Of a DNA stretch of 64,000 nt, positions 1-12,735 are shown piece after piece. A program made the position numbers and the translations under genes. Numbering within the stretch: the stretch's first letter is position 1; every line of letters begins with the position of its first letter. The notes beneath the pieces are model-generated. The model saw nothing but the letters and a program-made list of their open reading frames with translations, did no database searches and was not told the origin of the DNA. Location: positions 640,001 through 704,000 of the forward strand of contig CM000430.1 in assembly GCA_000165345.1 (NCBI GenBank), in the 5' to 3' direction.

Positions 1-609
1 AGAGCACTCAGACTATGTATTTCGTTATTATTCTACAATTTTTACTATTTGTCAGGATTTTTGGATACTTTATTTCAAGTTGATACTGAAATTGAGAGAA
101 ATATCTATCTTAATAATTTAGCTCCTCTCAAAGTTATTATACTAATAGCTTTGAATGCTTTATCTTTTCCTGGGAATAAGTCTCTAGTTTCATATATTTG
201 GGCATATCCTTATTATACTGGAGGAGTAACAACATGCATTTTTATTATTGGAACATGGGTTTGGCTTGAATTGTTCAGAATTACTGGAACTCAGCTTTTT
301 AAAAATGTCAAAATCTCTGAGAATCTCCATAGACATTTTTCACGTAGTGGGATAGTTATTTACATCACACATTCAGTTTGGCTGGAGTTTGTGACCAGAT
401 ATTTTTTAATATACTATATTTCCCCAGATAGCTCATATTCTTTGTATGACGGAAAGTCCATTAGCCTCTTTGGCTTTGTTTTTCCCGGATTTGGTATGAT
501 GAGCTCTTGGATATTACTTAATATATCGGGTATAATCCTCAGTGTTATTACTTACATGTTCATCATCAATTTTAGGATCCCTAGATTATTCTTCGGCATT
601 AGTAATTAA
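1..609 (+). CDS. Hypothetical small multi-pass membrane protein, 5'-partial. The reading frame is open from base 1, and the track's 'start' at 49 is a TTG, not ATG.
   Basis: A 186-aa open frame is unlikely by chance in AT-rich DNA. It has 4-5 hydrophobic segments. The frame stays open upstream to the window edge and has no in-frame ATG near the 5' end. Confidence 0.4.
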   Translation, partial: RALRLCISLLFYNFYYLSGFLDTLFQVDTEIERNIYLNNLAPLKVIILIALNALSFPGNKSLVSYIWAYPYYTGGVTTCIFIIGTWVWLELFRITGTQLFKNVKISENLHRHFSRSGIVIYITHSVWLEFVTRYFLIYYISPDSSYSLYDGKSISLFGFVFPGFGMMSSWILLNISGIILSVITYMFIINFRIPRLFFGISN

Positions 610-1571
610 AATCTACCAATAGTTTCCTCTTATTTTTTTTTTCAAATATTCATGCATGCATCTTTATGTACCGGCGCTCTGTTCCATACACTGCGCATGC
701 AACTATGCATCCACATGAATCTAAGTGTACAAAAAAAGAAAAAAACCAAAACAACAAAAAGAAAATATATACAAAAATATTGATAAATCAGAGCAAAACC
801 CGAAGTCTAAAATGAACTAAGCACACTGTTCATAAAAAAAACTTTCGTATTACATGGTGGAATTGAATCTTTGATTAGTGACACGCAAAGCAAAGATTTT
901 ACATTGGAAAAATTAACCAATAACACCGTTCCTGGATATAGCGTAAAATCTCCGTAGTCTTAGGAAAAATAACAAACTTCGACAATATTACGAAAAAAAA
1001 AGTATCTCATAATAAATGAATTATTGAATGCGGAAAAGTCTTGTTTTACATTGTTAACCCCATATTAAAGGTATAAACTTCGATATTAAAAAGTGTTGGT
1101 ATGACCGGCTAATATAAAAATTCTTCTTAAAGCTATTTCAAGCCAATGCCGTCCAATAATTCTGAGATTGCTAAACAAATAATGTTATCGTAATAAGGAA
1201 GATCGGAAATATTACTTCAATTAACGCCTAACTTTAGTGAACAAAAGACATCTCCATACGGATTCTATTCAAATGTGCAAATGCATAAACATTTATTCAA
1301 TTAATAAGCCATCAATATTAATTATTAAAGGTATTTATACTCGAAGAACCGAATGTCATTGACTTTCCATTAATTTACAAAAAGCTAAAGGAAAATGCGA
1401 CTAATAGTTCACATATAGTTGAATTGGGGGAAAAAATTAAAGCCATACATCATCTAATAACATCTGAATATTTTTTCAACTCAAAGATAATACTTTACAT
1501 CAATTATTGCTTGCACTTTATGGAATGTAAATATAATAATTTAGTCATGGTTTTACCACCAGCTAAGTAAT

Positions 1572-4500
1572 TTAAATCCTTGTTCTCCCAGAAAATACAC
1601 TAATGAGTACTTCTAATATTACTGAAGCCAAAATTGGATCTTCCTCAACAATTATGACCTTCAAACTAGAGCTAGTGTAATGTTTCACTTTATTGATCAA
1701 GGCTTTGATTGCTTGTAATATGTGTTGTTCTGCGCGGTGTCTAGAAACTTCATACATTTCTTTTAAGGAAAATATTTCTAATACAACTTGTTTTTCTGAA
1801 TTCGCCACAGCCTTAGAGATAACTTCTTCAAAAGCAGACGAAACAGATCTATTGTCAACATCAACCATGTACAATCTACTTAATGTTTTTGTTAATGGTA
1901 CTGTGTTGTCTCCATATTTTCTATTTGCAACTACGGTAACTCTACCTAGAAGCGATGGATATGAATGACCAATCAATGATAAAATGTTGTGAATTCCTGG
2001 ACTCAATGCGTCTATAGCTAGAACTTGACAGTTAACAAGGTCTGAAATATTTGCATTAGTTAAATAGAATCTCTTAGAAAGTTCAGTTAAAGAGGTACTG
2101 GCAAAAGTTGTTAACTGTTGAACCCAATAATTCATGCTATATAAGCCACTAACATCAGGCTTGGAATGTAGCCTAGTGAATTCGCGAAGTGCTGAATAAT
2201 GAGAGCTAGTAAATGTTGAACTAGAAGGAGCTGGTCTAGAGGCATCCTTGTTTCCGGTGAATTTTGGTAGTGGAGGTCTTGGAGGAGGTATTTTAGTAGG
2301 TCTAGGAGTGGTAGTAGTAGTAGTAGTTCTCATTATACGTCTACTAATTTCCTTCCTAACACTACTTAAGAGATTCTTTGATTTTCTTGGTGTCGTTGCT
2401 GGCGCTCTGAATTGTGGAATTATATTACCTCCAACGATTCCGCTTAAGCTCATCCAGTTTCGGTTGATAGATGTAAGGGTTGCACCAATCCCGCCTGAGC
2501 TTGCGTATTCAAGATAATAGGTTGCAAAGAGATCCAATGCAAGGAAGAAAACTTCAGAGTTTCTCTCGTAGAATGTGAGGTGGATGGAGTCTCTATGAGG
2601 GCTAGTGGAAAAGAATTCATCCATACTTTTAGCTGCTTGGAGGATGTACTCCTTATTTCTTGATTCACTTGTAATCATAGAAGTTGCAATTAATGGGGAG
2701 AGAATAGTAGTGCATCTATATTTTGCAGAGGCAAGTATTTTCTTGTAAAGAGCTTCTACAGCCTTGACCCTACTATTATAAATAAACTTTGTAGAATTAA
2801 GACAGTAGACTCTGGAAACATTGGTCATCCATGGTTCAATTGTGTAAGCATTTAAAGCTCTCACTCCCAACACCTTGATTTCAGAGCTACCAACTGAAGC
2901 GCATTCCTTTGCACTGATACCAAGCTTTACAGCGAGTTCAAGTTGAGCTTTTTCTGATACATCGACTACTAAGCATCCGCATCCAACAACACCTGGATTT
3001 GAGCTTGAAAGAATAAGAGAAAAGTGGTTTGAAGTTGTGGGTTGAGGAATTCTACCGTTGTACATTGATTGAATGAATTCAGAAACTGGTGTACCTGACA
3101 TACATTCTTCATCAGAGTCGAAATAGTATGTTGCTTGTGTACTTGGTCTAATTGAAGGTTGTTGAGATGCTACTGGTCTTAATGGCCCAATAGGTCGCTG
3201 TGGTACTGGTGGTGGAGGTCTTGATGGTCTTGGTGGTCTTGGTGGAGGTCTCATAGGTATTGTGGGTGGCATAGGAGTGGTTGTGTCTGTACCAAGTAAT
3301 TCTTCTGATGTTCTGACATTCATGAAGTATGGTTTTATTTGATCAACAAGAACTTCGAATTTTTCTCTTGTTTCTGTTAAAATAGTGATATGCATCTGCG
3401 AATTATAAAGCAAGAACTCATTTAACGCAGCAGCTAAACCCTCAACAGCGGCTGTAATAATTTGAATAGAGTATATATGACGAGAATCCCATAGACCAAA
3501 AGGTAAAACCAATAATTCACTCAAACGGTGCTTATCTGCAAATTCAAATATTTGCAAGTAGGCAGCTTTGATCAAATCCATCAAGGATTCATATGTACCT
3601 ACTTCATGAATGGCATTATAGAAGTCAAGGTACATTACCTTCTTTAAAGATGAGTACCAAATAGCAGGACTTTGGCGATAATTCGTTGATCTTACTGTAA
3701 CTCCTGATTCCTGAGTAACAGGACTATATGGAAGACCCATTTCTCTCATCAGTTCTTCAAACTTATAAGTCCCGCTTTCCATTATGAAAGCATCGCATGA
3801 GTGAATACCTATTGTAAAATCAGAGTATGCCAAAGAAATCTGAGTTGTTACGGAAGTATATTTATTAATGTATGGATCATTGGCTTCTGAAAGTAAAGTA
3901 AAGAAATTCTTCATTGTTGGGCAAGCAATACCATCGTATTGGTTGAAATCTGAAAGTAGCTGAGTTCTTGGCAAAGGAACCGGAGTTGGAGCTGGAATTG
4001 GAGTTGGGGCTGGAGTTGGGGCTGGAGTTGGGGCTGGAGTTGTACCAGACTGAATCGATTGATTATATGCTACTGGGTTTCTAGTAAATGCCTTTGAGAA
4101 CCCATGCAAGACTATATTGTAGGAATAGAAATCAGGTGCTGGAATAATAATATTGAATGGGCATTTCATATTATTGTTTCCAAAAGCTGTCATAACCCAA
4201 CTTCTCACTTGAAAAGCTGCATTATTAACTCTGGATTCAAAGTTAGTAGAGCCTGGTGTAATGATTGGTAATAGGATGTTTGAAACTTGATCTGCTGAAG
4301 CTCTATCCAAAATACTAGTGTATAACACAGACTCTGGGGCCGAGGATTGAACACAGTATATTGAACCCAATTTAGTACGACGACTTAAATTTGCATTTAA
4401 GTCAAATACAGCTGGGATATGGCTTGTTGTGGCAGGGCATGTAACTCTGGCAGAGTTTAGTAATGCAGTACTATCTGCACTCCTGGAGTCTACGACCAAA

Positions 4501-4694
4501 GCATCGCATGACGTGGAACTTAGAATTGATGGTGAATATGAATCAAGCAATACAACTGATACACACTTTGCTGAATTAAGAGAACCACCTCTATTCGCCA
4601 AGTAGATATCTAAAGCCGAGGTTGAGGCACAGTCAAAGGAGTACACAGCTGCAATTAGCTGAGATAACAGAGTAAAGAGTAATAAATAATTCAT
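1572..4694 (-). CDS. Large secreted protein (1040 aa) with an N-terminal signal peptide, Pro/Thr-rich linkers (PAPTPAPTPAPTP; PPPRPPRPSRPPPPVP; TTTTTTTPRP) and several Cys-containing globular segments.
   Basis: The start at 4694..4692 is ATG (checked). The N-terminus MNYLLLFTLLSQLIAAVYS is a typical signal peptide. The ORF is long and uninterrupted. A GC-motif promoter patch lies upstream at 4869-4881. Confidence 0.75.
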   Translation of the reverse strand: MNYLLLFTLLSQLIAAVYSFDCASTSALDIYLANRGGSLNSAKCVSVVLLDSYSPSILSSTSCDALVVDSRSADSTALLNSARVTCPATTSHIPAVFDLNANLSRRTKLGSIYCVQSSAPESVLYTSILDRASADQVSNILLPIITPGSTNFESRVNNAAFQVRSWVMTAFGNNNMKCPFNIIIPAPDFYSYNIVLHGFSKAFTRNPVAYNQSIQSGTTPAPTPAPTPAPTPIPAPTPVPLPRTQLLSDFNQYDGIACPTMKNFFTLLSEANDPYINKYTSVTTQISLAYSDFTIGIHSCDAFIMESGTYKFEELMREMGLPYSPVTQESGVTVRSTNYRQSPAIWYSSLKKVMYLDFYNAIHEVGTYESLMDLIKAAYLQIFEFADKHRLSELLVLPFGLWDSRHIYSIQIITAAVEGLAAALNEFLLYNSQMHITILTETREKFEVLVDQIKPYFMNVRTSEELLGTDTTTPMPPTIPMRPPPRPPRPSRPPPPVPQRPIGPLRPVASQQPSIRPSTQATYYFDSDEECMSGTPVSEFIQSMYNGRIPQPTTSNHFSLILSSSNPGVVGCGCLVVDVSEKAQLELAVKLGISAKECASVGSSEIKVLGVRALNAYTIEPWMTNVSRVYCLNSTKFIYNSRVKAVEALYKKILASAKYRCTTILSPLIATSMITSESRNKEYILQAAKSMDEFFSTSPHRDSIHLTFYERNSEVFFLALDLFATYYLEYASSGGIGATLTSINRNWMSLSGIVGGNIIPQFRAPATTPRKSKNLLSSVRKEISRRIMRTTTTTTTPRPTKIPPPRPPLPKFTGNKDASRPAPSSSTFTSSHYSALREFTRLHSKPDVSGLYSMNYWVQQLTTFASTSLTELSKRFYLTNANISDLVNCQVLAIDALSPGIHNILSLIGHSYPSLLGRVTVVANRKYGDNTVPLTKTLSRLYMVDVDNRSVSSAFEEVISKAVANSEKQVVLEIFSLKEMYEVSRHRAEQHILQAIKALINKVKHYTSSSLKVIIVEEDPILASVILEVLISVFSGRTRI

Positions 4695-4868
4695 TTTCTC
4701 TTCTGGAGGCGATATATTCTACCTTCAAATCTCCAGTTTAACTAAATAAATGAATTTAGTGAAATAAATTACGTAATTTTTTTACTTGTACCATTCAGAT
4801 TATTGAATATCATATAATATATTTTACTATTTATTAAATATATTTTAATACAATTTTCAAAAGAGACA

Positions 4869-4881
4869 GGCGGTTCCCGCC
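4869..4881. promoter_or_regulatory. Palindromic E2F-like element GGCGGTTCCCGCC in the divergent promoter between the 1572..4694(-) and 5546..7324(+) genes.
   Basis: Read directly from the sequence. GGCGGG/CCCGCC-type motifs are a known over-represented upstream motif class in Cryptosporidium. Confidence 0.4.
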
Positions 4882-5343
4882 CAGTTATTTATGCGTTAAT
4901 AAAATAAAAAAAGGTACCGGTGGATATTAATTAGATAATTAATACAAATGGGAAATCTAATATTAGAAAAGAAAATCTTTTTTTATTTTATTGGAAAAAT
5001 TATGAAAATTTGTAAAATGTTATCGTAGATTTTAGTAGATAAAATTTTCTTAGTTGTGTGATTTGTTAAAATTTTTTTTTTTTTTTGAATTTAATAAAAG
5101 TTTTAATTTTTAGAATAATTCACGTGTTGAAAGCGTATTTAACTTAGCTTGTATAAATATGCCATTAATATGGTATATTTTGTAATTAATAAACGACAAT
5201 ATATTTCATTGTTAATATTATGATGCATATCTATAAATAATTAATATTTTGCCGGTTTTTCTCTTGAATTATGACATTTTTAAATGAGCTTAATTTTTCG
5301 TTAATTTTTTAATTATATTTCAAAGTTTGACCAATGCAATTAT

Positions 5344-5352
5344 GGCGGGAAA
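5344..5352 (+). promoter_or_regulatory. E2F-like motif GGCGGGAAA about 200 nt upstream of the 5546 gene.
   Basis: Exact match to the canonical E2F-like upstream motif, in intergenic DNA. Confidence 0.45.
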
Positions 5353-5545
5353 CCATCTTAAGAGGGAAAATTGTTTCATGTAATGGAAAAAAATTGACAA
5401 AAAAAAAGATTAAGAAATTTTTTTAAAAAAAGAATATATTAAAAAGTAATTAAAATAGTTTGTTTGAAATATAGCTTAAGGAAATAAGAGAGATTGAAAA
5501 GGAACTGAATTTTTTTTTATTGCAAATATTCACTTATATGAATTA

Positions 5546-7324
5546 ATGAGGCACAGAAAAGAATACAAAGCTAGAGAGCTAAATTCTTTTGAAAATGAGC
5601 ATAGAAGAGAAGATTTAAAAGCAAATATTGAAGAAAGTAGACCAAAAAGTAGCCTATTAAGAATTATTTTGGACTACATAGGTCTGCTATTGTACTATTT
5701 TATAAATATTGCCAAATTAATTTTTCATTACATACTTAATCCAAGATTAAATACATTAAAGGAATTATACCCTCATCATACAGCTGGAAAATATGAACCA
5801 AGAAGTAAATTTGGGTACCGGTTCTTTTTAGTTTGCAATAGAGTGCAAAATATTGGTTTTGGATTTGAATATAGAGGAGTATATTATTTTAGTAATGCAC
5901 ATTTTAATGCAAATACAGATAAATTAAAGATTGATGGGAAGGAAATTAGGCTATACCAGCAAGGATTTACGATGTTATGTTCAAAAAAAGAGCATAATAT
6001 GAAAAAGCCAAGAGATGACGAAGATTTATATTTGTTGAATCCCTATATGCCAACAATTAAAGGAAAGTGTATTTACAAGAATCCCTTCTTTTATTCATTT
6101 TTCCCAATTAATTCTATTTGTAGGGAGTTTACAGGACTACCTATAACTAATAGTAAGGGGGAGCTGGTATCAATATACGATAATTTTAGAAAAGTGAATA
6201 GCTTGGTTTATAATATAATTGGGGACGTTAACTTATGGAAAGAAGAGCAAAGTAATACATGTACTGATTATAAGGTTGAAAGTGTTCAAACAGACCGCAA
6301 GGATATACAAGTTTTTAGGGTAATTTCTAAATTTGAGGATGGATGTGATAATTTTGAAAATAATGAAATTGTTGGATACTTTTTCAAATATAACTCAATT
6401 AATTACATTTCTGGAGCATTTGTTGATGAATTTGGGAATCTGAGTTTGCCAATAGCACTGGAAGATATTAATGAAGCTGAAAATACTTTAAAATATTCAA
6501 ATTTATACAGGGATTTATGGGTTTCAGTACCAAATTCTATGCATAATTTAAGTTTGCCAGACCAAGATGAATATGCTTTTGTATTAAATATTACTAGGAA
6601 CAACCAGAAAGAGATTAAGGGTAGGATAAAAATAGATATTAATCAGCAATTTTGGGCAGAGTTTGTGGGAGTTCCAAATAGAGAATTTTTAGGACTACCA
6701 ATATTAAATAGAAATGACCAATTAATAGGAGTATATAGTGATTTTAACATAGAAAATAGTTTTGGAAGACTCAAATATTCAGTTTATCTTGGAGGGATAA
6801 ATACATTTAAGAATTTTTTTTTAAGAATAAGTTTGAGAAATCAAAATACCATACAAACTCTTGAAACTGATTTTGATATGGAAATCCTTGAGCAAGTTGT
6901 TTCTCTTTGTTCTATGGGTACTGAAGATAATGATAAATCCTGCAATAAACTTGTAAATAGGGTTCTTTTTGGTGTTGGAAGTGAAGATATTTCTCAACAA
7001 ACTTATGAAAATCTTGAATTAATATTAAAAAAAAGATATCAAGATTCATCTTTGTACCCTGATAGCATTATTTCTGTTTCTAATAACCCAAATATTAGAT
7101 ACACTCAAGTACAAGATAAGAAGTTCATTATAGCAAATACTAACTGGATAGGGTATTCTTACCTTAATAGTGGCAACTTATTCCCATTTAATTCTTCTAA
7201 AAGTCTCCTAATCATATTATCTAACACTTCTACCGTATTAACTGAAGAGCTTCTTGAGAGTTATTATAAAAAAACTCATAAAACCAAACGTGGATTTTAT
7301 CTCAAGTTTATTTCAAATAAATAA
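5546..7324 (+). CDS. Hypothetical type II membrane protein (592 aa). It has a single N-terminal transmembrane anchor and a large Asn-rich ecto/lumenal domain with many N-x-S/T sites.
   Basis: ATG at 5546 verified. There is a hydrophobic segment LLRIILDYIGLLLYYFINIAKLIF after a basic N-terminus. I recognise no conserved enzymatic motif. Confidence 0.65.
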   Translation: MRHRKEYKARELNSFENEHRREDLKANIEESRPKSSLLRIILDYIGLLLYYFINIAKLIFHYILNPRLNTLKELYPHHTAGKYEPRSKFGYRFFLVCNRVQNIGFGFEYRGVYYFSNAHFNANTDKLKIDGKEIRLYQQGFTMLCSKKEHNMKKPRDDEDLYLLNPYMPTIKGKCIYKNPFFYSFFPINSICREFTGLPITNSKGELVSIYDNFRKVNSLVYNIIGDVNLWKEEQSNTCTDYKVESVQTDRKDIQVFRVISKFEDGCDNFENNEIVGYFFKYNSINYISGAFVDEFGNLSLPIALEDINEAENTLKYSNLYRDLWVSVPNSMHNLSLPDQDEYAFVLNITRNNQKEIKGRIKIDINQQFWAEFVGVPNREFLGLPILNRNDQLIGVYSDFNIENSFGRLKYSVYLGGINTFKNFFLRISLRNQNTIQTLETDFDMEILEQVVSLCSMGTEDNDKSCNKLVNRVLFGVGSEDISQQTYENLELILKKRYQDSSLYPDSIISVSNNPNIRYTQVQDKKFIIANTNWIGYSYLNSGNLFPFNSSKSLLIILSNTSTVLTEELLESYYKKTHKTKRGFYLKFISNK

Positions 7325-7673
7325 TTTTTTTTTGCTTAATTATATGCAGCCATCCATATTCATTGTGAATGCATGCATGCAATTTTTTCCTATGATTACG
7401 TGTATTGCATGCATTTTCTTTCTTGATTAAAAAAAAAATTCAAAAAAATGATCTATAAGTTGGATTTATTAATAAAAAGGTAATCTCTCTAATAATAATA
7501 TAATTTATTACTAAATAATGATTATTAAAATTTGTTGTTTATTATATAATTCAAATCTAATATTAAGATTTAAATGAATAATAAATCTTGATATTTGACA
7601 ATATTCTTTTCATTTTCTCTTTAATGTATTTGAAAATAGTAAAGTTGTAAAATTATAAAATAACTAGAATAAA

Positions 7674-8933
7674 TTATGCATTAGTATATAATATCATCAT
7701 ATTTAGGAAGATGATTAATAAGCTTTGTAAAATATGATAATTTGAGAATATTGGTAAAGAATTACTTTTTCTAAAATGTTTCTTGTAAAATCTTCTAAGT
7801 CCATGTTTAAGATCAAATGGTCCTCTATCAATAATTTCATAATCAATAATATCCAATCCATTTTCATTTTTGCATTCTTCTGGATTTAATAAACATTTAC
7901 AATCATTCGAATTAGGATTATATGTACAATGACAGCCAGGATTGAATGGATTAATATAACATCCACACAATTTTGAATATGGATTTAAATTACATGGGCA
8001 TCCAATACTATAAGGACTTGTTGAGCATCTTGGTATTATTGGAAGAGTAATATCATTAGTACAAGAAATAATAGTTTTACATTCATTAGTCATAGGATAT
8101 GTAATATTATATTGATTATTTTGTATATGATTATATATTGATTGATCATTATAACAGAAGCAATCAATTCCCATTGGATTAGTATAACATTTATATTCAT
8201 TATTATGTATACAATAAATTGGATTATTAATACACATGAATTTTATATTATTAGTAGTTTTTAAACTTGCTTGACAGAATGGATTATGTTCATTATTAAT
8301 GTTATCAATATTTCTTTTCCATAGAATAATTTTACCATATTTATTATTAAATTCATTTTCTATTAATGTAATTCTTTCAATATCATTATAAGTTGGATAA
8401 TCAATTAATATATTTTTGATTATTGATAAATCAAATATTATACCTTTTAATTTACCATTTGGTAAATTACATTTTTCATATCCACTAAATAATTTATTTG
8501 AATTTTCTGCATATATCTCATCAATTACAATATCTTGTATATGTATTCCTAATATATTGGAAATATGTTCTTTTAATGCCATTGTAATTTGTTTATAGTT
8601 ATCTTTTCTTTCTTCACAAAATGAAGATTCTAATAATGCTAATGTAATTGTTTGAATATGATTATGCTTTCCAATATCACTATCAGTATTTTCTTCTTTT
8701 TCCCGTCCTTTAGTAGTTGGTAATTTTGTATTATTATTGTTAATAGGAATTGAAGTGGAAGTTTTAGAAGTGAAGGATTTTCTAGTAGAGGTGGTGGTAG
8801 TAGAAGTTGTTGTTGTTGTTATAAGAATGGGTAATTTGAGTAATAATTTATCTTCTTTACTTGCAAAAAGTTGAGAATCATTACCATTACTCATTCCATC
8901 AAATTCTATATCATTATTTGGTATAGAGTTCAT
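7674..8933 (-). CDS. Thr-rich mucin-like protein with a C-terminal cysteine-repeat domain (5 x C-x-C-x2-N-P/D units). It may be the 3' part of a larger mucin gene that includes the upstream poly-Thr tract.
   Basis: ATG at 8933..8931 verified. No signal peptide follows this Met. There is a TTTTTSTTTTST tract. The repeats are CFCYNDQ, CPCNLNP, CGCYINP, CHCTYNP and CKCLLNP. A Thr-coding frame from the repeat region ends with TAA at 8982..8980, one frame off from this ORF. Confidence 0.6.
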   Translation of the reverse strand: MNSIPNNDIEFDGMSNGNDSQLFASKEDKLLLKLPILITTTTTSTTTTSTRKSFTSKTSTSIPINNNNTKLPTTKGREKEENTDSDIGKHNHIQTITLALLESSFCEERKDNYKQITMALKEHISNILGIHIQDIVIDEIYAENSNKLFSGYEKCNLPNGKLKGIIFDLSIIKNILIDYPTYNDIERITLIENEFNNKYGKIILWKRNIDNINNEHNPFCQASLKTTNNIKFMCINNPIYCIHNNEYKCYTNPMGIDCFCYNDQSIYNHIQNNQYNITYPMTNECKTIISCTNDITLPIIPRCSTSPYSIGCPCNLNPYSKLCGCYINPFNPGCHCTYNPNSNDCKCLLNPEECKNENGLDIIDYEIIDRGPFDLKHGLRRFYKKHFRKSNSLPIFSNYHILQSLLIIFLNMMILYTNA

Positions 8934-8939
8934 TTTGAG

Positions 8940-9700
<761 letters not shown>

Positions 9701-9709
9701 AGTTTGGTT

Positions 9710-12043
<2,334 letters not shown>

Positions 12044-12410
12044 TTTCAAATTCTTCAATTTACATAAAAATATATATTTCTTCTTTTACTACTCTATTAT
12101 TTATCTTAATTTATATCATAAATCTTTAAAGTTAAGCTATTTTATACTATCTTAATTTATGATGAAGATTTTTTTTTAATATATATTTAAATAATTTCTA
12201 TTTCTCATATATTCAACTTTTTAATTTTTTTTTAATATAAATTTTTAATACTTTATTTTAAGTGACTGCCACTATTAAAAATACTACTACTATTATTACA
12301 TTTTTAGAGGTAATTTTTTTTATTTATTGTAATAAATATAATTTCATCATATTGTTTTATTTTTGCATGTATTATTTAAATTTACAAACTTTTGCCCGCT
12401 GACTTTATTT

Positions 12411-12421
12411 GCATGCATGCA
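12411..12421. promoter_or_regulatory. GCATGCATGCA motif (with nearby TTTGCCCGC and GCGCGGCAAA) in the divergent promoter between the 9710..12043(-) and 12736..14712(+) genes.
   Basis: Read directly from the sequence. TGCATGCA is a known over-represented Cryptosporidium upstream motif. Confidence 0.4.
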
Positions 12422-12735
12422 TTTTCGTCTCCAAATTTTTTTGTTCTTATTTAAAAAAAATGGTTTTGTGCATTAATGACTTTGTGGGTTGCGCGGCAAA
12501 TTTGAATATATTTTTTTCTATTGGTTGAATTAAAAAAAAGAATTTAATTAATAATAAATAATTTATTAATAGTTAAAGTGTGAGAAGTAGTGGAAGTATT
12601 ACTTTTATTATCTTTGATAATAATAAGAATATAAATTAAAAATATTGGTCTTTTTTTTTTTTTCTTTCCTATCCCTTTTACTTCCATTCAATTATACTCC
12701 TTACTCTTACCAGAAAAGCAAATAAAGAAGTTTAA

